Below, in pieces: positions 6,563 through 13,487 of a DNA stretch of 64,000 nt. The notes beneath the pieces were generated by a model. The model did no database searches, was not told the origin of the DNA, and saw only the letters and a program-made list of their open reading frames with translations. A program made the translations under genes and the position numbers. This DNA comes from Clostridia bacterium (GTDB lineage Bacteria > Bacillota > Clostridia > Christensenellales > QALW01). The stretch is taken from positions 10,705 through 74,704 of the forward strand of contig JAFVVO010000005.1 of the NCBI GenBank assembly GCA_017502165.1. Reading direction: 5' to 3'. Numbering within the stretch: the stretch's first letter is position 1; each line of letters opens with the position of its first letter.

Positions 6563-8266
6563 TTAATCTAAGTATTTTCCTAAAAACATATCTTCTAAAA
6601 TTCCAATTGCTTCCGCTTTAGTGTAGTTCCAGTCGCCTAATTCTCGTTTTGTTTTAACATACCATTCTAATCTGCCTGTTTGCCCAATAGCACTTTCGGA
6701 ATCCAAATTTAATTTTGCCTGATATTCGAGCTTTTCCTTGGCTGCGGAGCGGTATTCCTTCTCGTTATCGTAAATCTTCTTTAAGGTGGGAACACCGCTT
6801 AAGCCTAACTCATTGATGGTGTCAACGTCGATATTTTCAAGGTAGCCCTGCTTATAGGCGTTGTAATTATATTCTGCAATAAAGGTGTCAACGTTGCCGA
6901 AGCCTAAAACAAGCATAGCGCAGGTGCTGACGATAAGAGCAATACGCATTACGGGTACCTTTTTAGAAAGACAACGGATAAACAGACAAATAAATACTAC
7001 GGCAAGCACGAGCATAAACACGCTGGTTAAAATGCGCAGTCTGGTCATACCGAATTCGCCGATATAGAGTACCATTTTCGCCATAGCGGTGGAAATTAAA
7101 AGCAGGGTAAAAATTATAATGAAGCAGCAGATAGCCTTTACACCAAAGCTGCTTTTCGCTTCCTTTTTGTGTACTGCCAAGGCGGCATAAACTAAGCCGA
7201 AATTTATAAACGCGATGGTGCACATTTCAGAGAAGCCGCGGCGAGCATATTCGGCAGGTGTAAAGTGGTAGCCTGCAGGCAAAATTCCGCTGAAGGCAGA
7301 GAAGAAATATGCCGTTTGTGAAAACAGATATGCCACGTAAACTGCAGAAATTATGCCTAAGAAGGAAATAATATAAGCGTTATCTAATTTTTTGCTGTTT
7401 TCTTGCTTGGTTACGGTTAATTCGTCATTTTTGATTGAAAAGCCGTAAGCAAGCACCGGGAAGGTTAAGCCGATTCCCAATATAATTTGCAAAATGCGTT
7501 TGCCGAAATCTTCACCAACGTTGTTTATAAGGCCTGCAAAAGCGTCGTCGGCACTGGTAAGCAGAGGAATAATCAACAAAAGCACGGGAACGGCACAAGC
7601 AAAGCCTATAAGAACCTTGCCGACGCCCGAAAGCTTTTTGCCTGCGCTGAACACGCTTGAGGCGGCAACGTCTATCTTGGTTAATGCCCTACCTAAGCCA
7701 CGCATTATAAAGCCACCAAGGGCACCGTCGGAAAAAGGAATTTCCTTGCCCGACAAGCTATGAAGCCATACAGTTGTTAAAAATGCAATAAGCGCAAGCA
7801 GTAAAAGGTTGACCGTTGCATTGATTGAAATAGAGAAAACTCCTGCCGAAAGCACTGCAAGGATTCCGCAGGCAACTCCCAATGCATTGATTTTTGTTCC
7901 CTTTTTATAGCAGAACCAGCTTAAAAGTGCAAACAAAGCGTAAAAGCTTAAGGTAAAGCCCGAATTGAAGCCTCCCCAAAAAGCAAGTATAACAAAGAGG
8001 ATTGATGCCGCAAGTGATACAAAGGTAAAGACAATTTCCCGTGTTTCTATAGGATATTTCTTCTTTACCGAGTTATTTGTATTGCTTTCGGAATTCTGCT
8101 TCAAGGCATTATAATAACTTGAAACACTTACATCCTGCGTTTGTTCTTTTTTGGATTCTTCGTTTTTATGTACTGTTTCATTTTCGCCTGCGGTCTGCCC
8201 GCAAGTGTTTTCTTCGTTGCATACTGCTTCGGTTTCTTTAGTAAGCTTTAAGTCTTTTTCTTCCAT
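6563..8266 (-). CDS. large polytopic membrane protein (DUF4153/DUF4173-like)
   Basis: About 567 aa from the ATG at 8266 (MEEKDLK), which has AAGGAG 8 nt upstream. It has an acidic/polar N-terminal region, then more than 10 TM helices and a soluble C-terminal tail. The family assignment is from memory of typical neighbours of the YozG-type regulator, not from a search. Confidence 0.55.
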   Translation of the reverse strand: MEEKDLKLTKETEAVCNEENTCGQTAGENETVHKNEESKKEQTQDVSVSSYYNALKQNSESNTNNSVKKKYPIETREIVFTFVSLAASILFVILAFWGGFNSGFTLSFYALFALLSWFCYKKGTKINALGVACGILAVLSAGVFSISINATVNLLLLALIAFLTTVWLHSLSGKEIPFSDGALGGFIMRGLGRALTKIDVAASSVFSAGKKLSGVGKVLIGFACAVPVLLLIIPLLTSADDAFAGLINNVGEDFGKRILQIILGIGLTFPVLAYGFSIKNDELTVTKQENSKKLDNAYIISFLGIISAVYVAYLFSQTAYFFSAFSGILPAGYHFTPAEYARRGFSEMCTIAFINFGLVYAALAVHKKEAKSSFGVKAICCFIIIFTLLLISTAMAKMVLYIGEFGMTRLRILTSVFMLVLAVVFICLFIRCLSKKVPVMRIALIVSTCAMLVLGFGNVDTFIAEYNYNAYKQGYLENIDVDTINELGLSGVPTLKKIYDNEKEYRSAAKEKLEYQAKLNLDSESAIGQTGRLEWYVKTKRELGDWNYTKAEAIGILEDMFLGKYLD

Positions 8267-8291
8267 AAAAATCACTCCTTTAATCAGGTTA

Positions 8292-8495
8292 TTAGTCTTC
8301 CACGAACTCTAATATATCTCCCGGCTGACAGTCAAGCACCGAACAGATGCTTTCAAGAGTCGAAAACCTTATGGCTTTAGCTTTTCCCGTTTTGAGAATG
8401 GACACGTTTGCCTGAGTTAAGCCTATTTTTTCGCACAATTCAAGGGAAGACATTTTGCGTTTGGCAAGCATAACGTCAAGATTTACTACTATCAC
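8292..8495 (-). CDS. small XRE-family HTH regulator (YozG-like)
   Basis: 67 aa: NLDVMLAKRKMSSLELCEKIGLTQANVSILKTGKAKAIRFSTLESICSVLDCQPGDILEF, the characteristic YozG-type sequence. GTG start with AGGAGG upstream. Confidence 0.85.
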   Translation of the reverse strand: MIVVNLDVMLAKRKMSSLELCEKIGLTQANVSILKTGKAKAIRFSTLESICSVLDCQPGDILEFVED

Positions 8496-8506
8496 TTTTC
8501 TTCCTC

Positions 8507-8962
8507 CTAAATTGTAAGATCGTTTTCTTCGCGCATTTCCACGGCGGTTTGCATTACGTTTTTAACAACACGCAAAATCAAGCCTACAAACAGCGCGGCG
8601 GAGGCAACGAAGAAAAAGGGTCGGTAGCTGAAGCTACCTAAGAAAGTTATTAAGCCAACGGTGAAGCAACAAACGGATATAACTCTGAGAGCTTCAACGT
8701 TTTCTTTGCAAAAAGGATTATCCTTTTCAATTCTGCTAAGCATTTTTAATAAGGTTACGTCTGCCAAAATCCCAAATGCTGCGCAGGGATAATAGCAGCC
8801 TAATATTACGTAATCAAGATGGTCGCTCGGTATTCTTCCGCCGAAAAGCATATAGAAGTCCTTTAAGAAAAACGGCGCCAGTATTGCGATTAAAATTAAC
8901 GCCGCCAGTATAAACCAGCATACTGCGATTGAAACGTAAATTGATTTCTTTCTATTCCACAT
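8507..8962 (-). CDS. DUF2975-like membrane protein (usual partner of YozG-type regulators)
   Basis: About 151 aa from the ATG at 8962 (MWNRKKSIY), which has GAGGTG upstream, with 4 TM helices. The gene order membrane protein then YozG-like HTH is a conserved Firmicutes pair. Confidence 0.6.
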   Translation of the reverse strand: MWNRKKSIYVSIAVCWFILAALILIAILAPFFLKDFYMLFGGRIPSDHLDYVILGCYYPCAAFGILADVTLLKMLSRIEKDNPFCKENVEALRVISVCCFTVGLITFLGSFSYRPFFFVASAALFVGLILRVVKNVMQTAVEMREENDLTI

Positions 8963-8993
8963 AAAATGCACCTCATTTCCATTTTATGCTTCC

Positions 8994-9022
8994 ATAATAG
9001 CACCTGAATTATCGTTTGTCAA
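8994..9022 (-). promoter_or_regulatory. sigma-A type promoter (TTGACA-17 bp-TATTAT) of the DUF2975 operon
   Basis: On the minus strand, TTGACA (9022-9017), a 17-bp spacer and TATTAT (8999-8994). Confidence 0.55.
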
Positions 9023-9052
9023 TAATTATTTTTCGATTTTTAATATTTTTTA

Positions 9053-9096
9053 TGTAAAAAAATTGCCCAACATCTTAAACGCAAAAGATGTTGGGC
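9053..9096 (-). terminator. intrinsic terminator of the DUF1540 gene
   Basis: Minus-strand hairpin GCCCAACATCTT-ttgcgttt-AAGATGTTGGGC followed by AATTTTTTT. Confidence 0.75.
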
Positions 9097-9114
9097 TTAA
9101 GTTTTTTCGAAAAC

Positions 9115-9279
9115 TTATTTGCAGCAGTACTCGAATGACTGACAGTCGGTGCACTCTTTAACGGTGGGATTCATTTCGTGAGTTCCTACGTTAATATGGG
9201 CAAGACTGCAATAATCTGCATTTTTACAATGGTGCTTACAATTCTGAATTGTACAAGAAATAGCTTCGTTTCTCTGCAT
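9115..9279 (-). CDS. small Cys-rich protein, DUF1540-like (54 aa)
   Basis: Below the ORF-track size cutoff; found by manual translation: MQRNEAISCTIQNCKHHCKNADYCSLAHINVGTHEMNPTVKECTDCQSFEYCCK. A strong SD (AAGGAGGAA) lies 8 nt upstream and the gene has its own terminator. The C-x-x-x-N-C-x-H pattern resembles DUF1540. Confidence 0.7.
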   Translation of the reverse strand: MQRNEAISCTIQNCKHHCKNADYCSLAHINVGTHEMNPTVKECTDCQSFEYCCK

Positions 9280-9381
9280 AATAATATTCCTCCTTTATTG
9301 ATGCAATATTATTGTTTGCTTCTGTTTTATTTTTATTCTTGGCAAAACGAAAATTTTTTTACTGTTTTTTGAAAAAAGTGC

Positions 9382-9410
9382 TTTACAAATTTTTAATGGT
9401 GTGATATTAT
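9382..9410 (+). promoter_or_regulatory. sigma-A type promoter of the tRNA-Gly/tRNA-Lys pair (TTTACA-17 bp-TGaTATTAT)
   Basis: TTTACA at 9382-9387, a 17-bp spacer and an extended -10 TGATATTAT ending at 9410. A/T-rich UP-like tracts lie upstream (9345-9378). The tRNA 5' end is 20 nt downstream. Confidence 0.65.
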
Positions 9411-9429
9411 AACACCGTTGTCAAAAGAT

Positions 9430-9505
9430 GCGGTAGTAACTCAGCTGGTAGAGTGCCACCTTGCCAAGGTGGATGTCGCGAGTTCGAATCTCGTCTATCG
9501 CTCCA
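9430..9505 (+). tRNA. tRNA-Gly (anticodon GCC)
   Basis: GCGGTAGTAACTCAGCTGGTAGAGTGCCACCTTGCCAAGGTGGATGTCGCGAGTTCGAATCTCGTCTATCGCTCCA. Anticodon stem CCACC/GGTGG with loop TTGCCAA, T-loop TTCGAAT and an encoded CCA end. Confidence 0.92.
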
Positions 9506-9507
9506 TC

Positions 9508-9583
9508 GGGTTATTAGCTCAGCTGGCAGAGCACCTGACTCTTAATCAGGGTGTCCGGGGTTCGAACCCCCGATGACCCACCA
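9508..9583 (+). tRNA. tRNA-Lys (anticodon CTT)
   Basis: GGGTTATTAGCTCAGCTGGCAGAGCACCTGACTCTTAATCAGGGTGTCCGGGGTTCGAACCCCCGATGACCCACCA. Anticodon stem CCTGA/TCAGG with loop CTCTTAA and an encoded CCA end. It starts 2 nt after tRNA-Gly. Confidence 0.92.
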
Positions 9584-9590
9584 ACAAAAA

Positions 9591-9626
9591 AGCCTAATTT
9601 GTCTACCAGACAAATTAGGCTTTTTT
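9591..9626 (+). terminator. intrinsic terminator of the tRNA pair
   Basis: AGCCTAATTTGTCT-acc-AGACAAATTAGGCT followed by TTTTTT. Confidence 0.85.
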
Positions 9627-9809
9627 GAACTAAGTGTTCCGCTTGCGCGAAACGTGAAGTTTGCTTCGCAAGTGAAGCGAGGCTACGCCTCGTGAAGTGT
9701 GCCTTAGGCACGATGTGCGGAATACTTAACTTCACTTTGCGCCCTCGGCGCAATACTTCACTTGGGCGCAAGCACCAAACTTCACTGCGGCACAGCCGCA
9801 ACTTCACTA
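9627..9809 (+). repeat. structured intergenic module, GTGAAG/CTTCAC family, copy A
   Basis: GTGAAG at 9654, 9672 and 9692; CTTCAC at 9730, 9756, 9780 and 9802. Hairpins between linkers: TTGCttcGCAA, CGAGGCtacGCCTCG, TGCCttaGGCA, TTGCGCCctcGGCGCAA, TTGGGCgcaaGCaCCAA, TGCGGCacaGCCGCA. A long-range pair AAGTGTTCCGC (9632-9642) / GCGGAATACTT (9717-9727) brackets the first half. Confidence 0.8.
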
Positions 9810-9838
9810 TTGAAATATTTGCAAGTATGTGCTACAAT
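9810..9838 (+). promoter_or_regulatory. consensus sigma-A type promoter (TTGAAA-17 bp-TACAAT) with no conventional gene downstream
   Basis: TTGAAA at 9810-9815, a 17-bp spacer and TACAAT at 9833-9838. It occupies the same position relative to the repeat as the ung promoter does at copy C. Confidence 0.55.
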
Positions 9839-9869
9839 ATTGGTGTAGGTGAGGTGCATATAATGTCCA

Positions 9870-9903
9870 GAACTTTGTCTGTGTAGACAAAGGTTCTTTT
9901 TTT
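9870..9903 (+). terminator. intrinsic terminator
   Basis: GAACTTTGTCT-gtgt-AGACAAAGGTTC (one bulged G) followed by TTTTTTT. Confidence 0.75.
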
Positions 9904-10038
9904 GAACTAAGTGTTCCGCAAGCGGAACGTGAAGTTTGCTTCGCAAGTGAAGCGAGGCTACTCCTCGTGAAGTGCGCTTCGCGCGATAAGATGCGGAACA
10001 CTTAACTTCACTTTGCGCCCTCGGCGCAATACTTCACT
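9904..10038 (+). repeat. structured intergenic module, GTGAAG/CTTCAC family, copy B (shorter, no promoter end)
   Basis: Nearly identical to copy A over GAACTAAGTGTTCCGC...GTGAAGTTTGCTTCGCAAGTGAAGCGAGGCTAC and over CTTAACTTCACTTTGCGCCCTCGGCGCAATACTTCACTT. AAGTGTTCCGC (9909-9919) pairs perfectly with GCGGAACACTT (9993-10003), and alternatively with the local GCGGAAC at 9922-9928. Confidence 0.8.
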
Positions 10039-10081
10039 TTCTGATATTGATATACAACAAAGACGTAATTTTACAAAAAAA

Positions 10082-10102
10082 ATGCAGACGCAACGTCTGC
10101 AT
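10082..10102. terminator. bidirectional intrinsic terminator (serves the lipoprotein gene on the minus strand)
   Basis: ATGCAGACG-caa-CGTCTGCAT flanked by AAAAAAAA upstream and TTTTTGTTTTT downstream. Confidence 0.8.
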
Positions 10103-10120
10103 TTTTGTTTTTGTTTTTAA

Positions 10121-10768
10121 TTATTTCTTGGGAACGGGAGTTGCTACTCTTGCTGCATAGTCAAGGAAGTCTTCTTCAGTAACTTCACCGAAGGTAAGCT
10201 CTTTAACTTCTGCGCTGAACTTTGCATAGCCCCAGTCTTCAAACTTAAGGGTTAAGTCAAAGTCGTTTGCTACCCACATATGTACCTTGTAGAGACCGTT
10301 CTCATAGTAGTAATGAGTGGTTTCAAAGCCTGCAACAGTTTCGGTGCCCTTGTTTTCAAGCTCGTCGAGCTTATAACGGTTGTGAGCGCTGAAGAAGCTG
10401 TTACGGTTTGTGGTTTCGGTAATAAGGAAGCTGGAGTTGCCGTTATCATCATATTTGAAGCTTACAGCGTTATCGGTGCTCTTAACGGTTGCGCCGTCAA
10501 GACCTGCTTCTACGCACTTTAATACATCGTCGTGCTCGCCCCAAACACCGTTCTTATCCTGCTCGGTTACCTTGGTTGTAATTTCGTAAGTAACGTAGTA
10601 GTTGTTAAGCTGCTCTTCTGTGATTTTTGCTGCAAGGGATACGGGGGTGGGCTTAATTGTGGGAAGGGGTGTGGGATTTCCGCCCTTGCCGTTGCCATCG
10701 CATGCTACCATTGCAAAAGCAATAACTGCAATAAGCATAACGCCAATGAGTTTCTTAAAATTTTTCAT
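10121..10768 (-). CDS. hypothetical lipoprotein
   Basis: Signal peptide with the lipobox AFAMVAC, a Pro/Thr-rich linker and a ~170-aa domain with no recognisable motif. A consensus promoter TTGACA-17-TATAAT lies at 10841-10813. Confidence 0.65.
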   Translation of the reverse strand: MKNFKKLIGVMLIAVIAFAMVACDGNGKGGNPTPLPTIKPTPVSLAAKITEEQLNNYYVTYEITTKVTEQDKNGVWGEHDDVLKCVEAGLDGATVKSTDNAVSFKYDDNGNSSFLITETTNRNSFFSAHNRYKLDELENKGTETVAGFETTHYYYENGLYKVHMWVANDFDLTLKFEDWGYAKFSAEVKELTFGEVTEEDFLDYAARVATPVPKK

Positions 10769-10912
10769 TTCTATTCCTCCTAATATTCGTAAAAATATTA
10801 TTTACATTATGAATTATATAGTGTTTTTCGTTCTTTGTCAATAATTCTTTTTTATGTTGTAAAAAATTAAGAAAGTGTTGATTATTTGTTCATAATTGCC
10901 GCGTGTTTAACG

Positions 10913-11680
10913 TTATAACCGCTGAAAGCTCTTGATTGTGGCTTCTCCGCAGTTGAGCTTTTGAGTTTTACCGTTAACGGAAACTAACAGTCCGCAATCA
11001 GCGTCAATGCCCAAAACACGCCCCGAAAGCTCTTCGCCGTCCTTTATAAAGACGATGTCCTTCCCCGTTAAAATTGAACGGGAAGCGTATTCTTCGACAT
11101 ATTCGCCGAGAGAGTAAATTTCGTTAAAGGCGTTTATCAGCTCGATAATAAATTCCTGCCTGATCCCTGCGGATTTGGAGAAAATCGCGCCTGCTATATC
11201 CTTTAGCTCTTCGGGAAAGCCTTGCTCGGATTCATACAAGTTAATGCCGATGCCAAGCACGGCGTAATCGAGCCTATCCTTACTGCTTGCGCTTGCTTCG
11301 GTTAAAATTCCGCAGACCTTTTTTCCGTGAAAGAAAACGTCGTTAACCCATTTTATATATGCCTTTTCCTGCGTGAATTTCTCAACGGTTTTTGCCACCG
11401 CCACTGCCGCCATAGTGGTAATGGATAAGGCTTTATCGGGCGCAAGCTGAGGCTTTAGAAGTATGCTTAAGTATATTCCGTTATTTTCAGGCGAATGAAA
11501 GCTTCTGCCCATTCTGCCCCTGCCTGCAGTTTGCTTGTTTGCTATCGTTACGGTAAAATCGGGATTTTCATTTGCTACGCTTTTAAGAAAAGTATTTGTA
11601 GAATCAATTTCATCAAACAAAAACACCTTTTGCGCCCTTGTAGAGCTTAAAATCTCTTGGGCTTCTACCCTATCGCTCAC
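10913..11680 (-). CDS. birA: biotin--[acetyl-CoA-carboxylase] ligase (class I, no N-terminal HTH)
   Basis: 255 aa with GRGRMGRSFHSP (the GRGRxGRxW/F signature) and KWVNDV. GTG start overlapping the mrp stop (GTGA). Confidence 0.85.
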   Translation of the reverse strand: MSDRVEAQEILSSTRAQKVFLFDEIDSTNTFLKSVANENPDFTVTIANKQTAGRGRMGRSFHSPENNGIYLSILLKPQLAPDKALSITTMAAVAVAKTVEKFTQEKAYIKWVNDVFFHGKKVCGILTEASASSKDRLDYAVLGIGINLYESEQGFPEELKDIAGAIFSKSAGIRQEFIIELINAFNEIYSLGEYVEEYASRSILTGKDIVFIKDGEELSGRVLGIDADCGLLVSVNGKTQKLNCGEATIKSFQRL

Positions 11681-12495
11681 AGACTTGCAAGCTTGTCTGC
11701 CACGTTCTTAAGCACAGACGAATCAGCTTCCTCTACCTTACCTGCGTCAACAAGCTTTGCAACGGAAGGGTTGATCGGCATTTCTGCCCAGGCGGAAATA
11801 TTGAACTTCTTGGCGATATCTTCTGCCTTGGTGTCACCAAAAATATAATGCTTTTTGTTGCAGGAATCGCAAACGAAATAAGCCATATTTTCAACGATGC
11901 CGAGAATGGGTACGTTCATTGCTTCAGCCATTTTTACTGCCTTTTCTACTATCATGGAAACAAGCTCCTGAGGTGAGGCAACGATAACTATGCCGTCAAC
12001 GGGAAGTGACTGAAATACCGTAAGAGGTACGTCACCGGTTCCCGGAGGCATATCAACGAACATAAAATCAACGTTGTCCCAGATAACGTCGGTCCAGAAT
12101 TGCTTAACTGCCCCTGCGATAACAGGGCCGCGCCAAACGACCGGATCGGTTTCATTCTGAAGCATAAGGTTGATAGACATAATATCAATACCTAAATCGG
12201 TTCTTGCAGGCAAAATACCGTCTTCACTTGCCATTGCCTTTTCGGTGATGCCGAAGCCCTTAGGAATGGAGGGGCCGGTAATATCGGCGTCTAAAACTGC
12301 ACTGTGGAAGCCGCGTTTTTGCATTTCGCAGGCTAAAAGTGAAGTAACGAGGGATTTACCTACTCCCCCCTTACCGCTTACAACGCCGATTACTTTTTTA
12401 ATACTGCTTAATTTGTTTGCTTCTTCAATAAAGCTTTCCTTGCTTTTGCTGGAGCAATTTGAAGAGCAGCTTGAACAATTATGTGTGCATCCCAT
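11677..12495 (-). CDS. mrp: Mrp/NBP35 (ApbC-like) Fe-S cluster carrier ATPase
   Basis: Deviant Walker A GKGGVGKS, a Cys-rich N-terminus CTHNCSSCSSNCS and a C-terminal FVCDSC. The start was set at the ATG at 12495 (MGCTHN), which has GAGGT upstream. Confidence 0.85.
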   Translation of the reverse strand: MGCTHNCSSCSSNCSSKSKESFIEEANKLSSIKKVIGVVSGKGGVGKSLVTSLLACEMQKRGFHSAVLDADITGPSIPKGFGITEKAMASEDGILPARTDLGIDIMSINLMLQNETDPVVWRGPVIAGAVKQFWTDVIWDNVDFMFVDMPPGTGDVPLTVFQSLPVDGIVIVASPQELVSMIVEKAVKMAEAMNVPILGIVENMAYFVCDSCNKKHYIFGDTKAEDIAKKFNISAWAEMPINPSVAKLVDAGKVEEADSSVLKNVADKLASL

Positions 12496-12625
12496 ACTGT
12501 TTACCTCTGAATAATTATTGTCATTATAGTATAACACCGATTAAAAAGTTTATCAACCATTTTAACCGATTACTTGGAAAAATTTAACGCCCTGAATAAA
12601 ATTCAAGGCGTTGATTTTGTGTTGA

Positions 12626-13483
12626 TTAAAGTAAATTTGCTTCTTTAAGCTGAAGCACGTATCTCTCAAGCGCATCTTGCCAGGAGGGCAATCTATCAAA
12701 GCCATTACTATCAAGTGCTTCTTTGCTCATACGTGAATTTAACGGTCTTTTTGCTTTTTGAGGATATTCCGAGGACAAAATATAGTTGATTTTGCAATCT
12801 AAATTTGCCTGTTTCATAATCTCTTTTGCAAAGTCTGCCCAGGAGCAGATGCCTTCGTTTGTAGCGTGATAAATTCCGTATTTTTCACTTTGAACCATAT
12901 CGCACAAAAGGCGCGCAAGGTCAAAGGTATAGGTTGGCGAGCCTATCTGGTCGGAAACCACGTTAAGCTCTGCCCTCTCTTTACCGAGGCGAATCATAGT
13001 TTTAACGAAGTTGTTTCCATTGATGCCAAACACCCAGGAAATGCGAACGATGAAATATTTTTGGATATATCTAAGAACTTCATCTTCTCCTAAAGATTTT
13101 GTTTCACCGTAATAGCCTTGAGGTGCTTTTTTGTCTTCAGGCTTAAAATAATTTTCACCTTCACCGTCAAAAACGTAGTCGGTGCTTATATAGATAAGTT
13201 TTGCATCGATTTTCTTGCAAGCAAGGACAACGTTTTTAGTGCCTAAAACGTTTACTCTGTAGCAAAGCTCTCTATCGTCCTCTGCCCTATCTACTGCGGT
13301 AAATGCGGCGCAATGAACTACGGCGTCGGGCGAATAAGCGCAGATGTTTTCTTCTACCGCCTTTTCGTCGGTTAAGTCAAAATCGTCAATATCAACGCCC
13401 TTGCACTCAATGCCAAGCTCATTAAGACGCAAAACCACGTCATAGCCAAGCTGACCTTTAACTCCGGTAACGAGAACCTTCAT
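12626..13483 (-). CDS. rfbD: dTDP-4-dehydrorhamnose reductase
   Basis: 285 aa with the Rossmann motif MKVLVTGVKGQLG and typical RmlD length and layout. It is adjacent to rfbB and rfbC. Confidence 0.85.
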   Translation of the reverse strand: MKVLVTGVKGQLGYDVVLRLNELGIECKGVDIDDFDLTDEKAVEENICAYSPDAVVHCAAFTAVDRAEDDRELCYRVNVLGTKNVVLACKKIDAKLIYISTDYVFDGEGENYFKPEDKKAPQGYYGETKSLGEDEVLRYIQKYFIVRISWVFGINGNNFVKTMIRLGKERAELNVVSDQIGSPTYTFDLARLLCDMVQSEKYGIYHATNEGICSWADFAKEIMKQANLDCKINYILSSEYPQKAKRPLNSRMSKEALDSNGFDRLPSWQDALERYVLQLKEANLL

Positions 13484-13487
13484 GATT

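Noticed and set aside
9514-10001. ORFs 9514-9807(-), 9692-9886(+) and 9807-10001(-) over tRNA-Lys and repeat copies A and B
   Set aside because: Same reasoning: they overlap a tRNA, terminators and the repeat modules. Only the last 7 codons of 9692-9886, which have their own SD and ATG, are discussed as a mini-ORF.
9627-10038. CRISPR array interpretation of the hairpin-and-linker arrays (also 5363-5540)
   Set aside because: The conserved units are only 6-10 bp and flip orientation mid-array. The intervening segments are 9-22 bp palindromes, not spacers. There are no cas genes and no leader.
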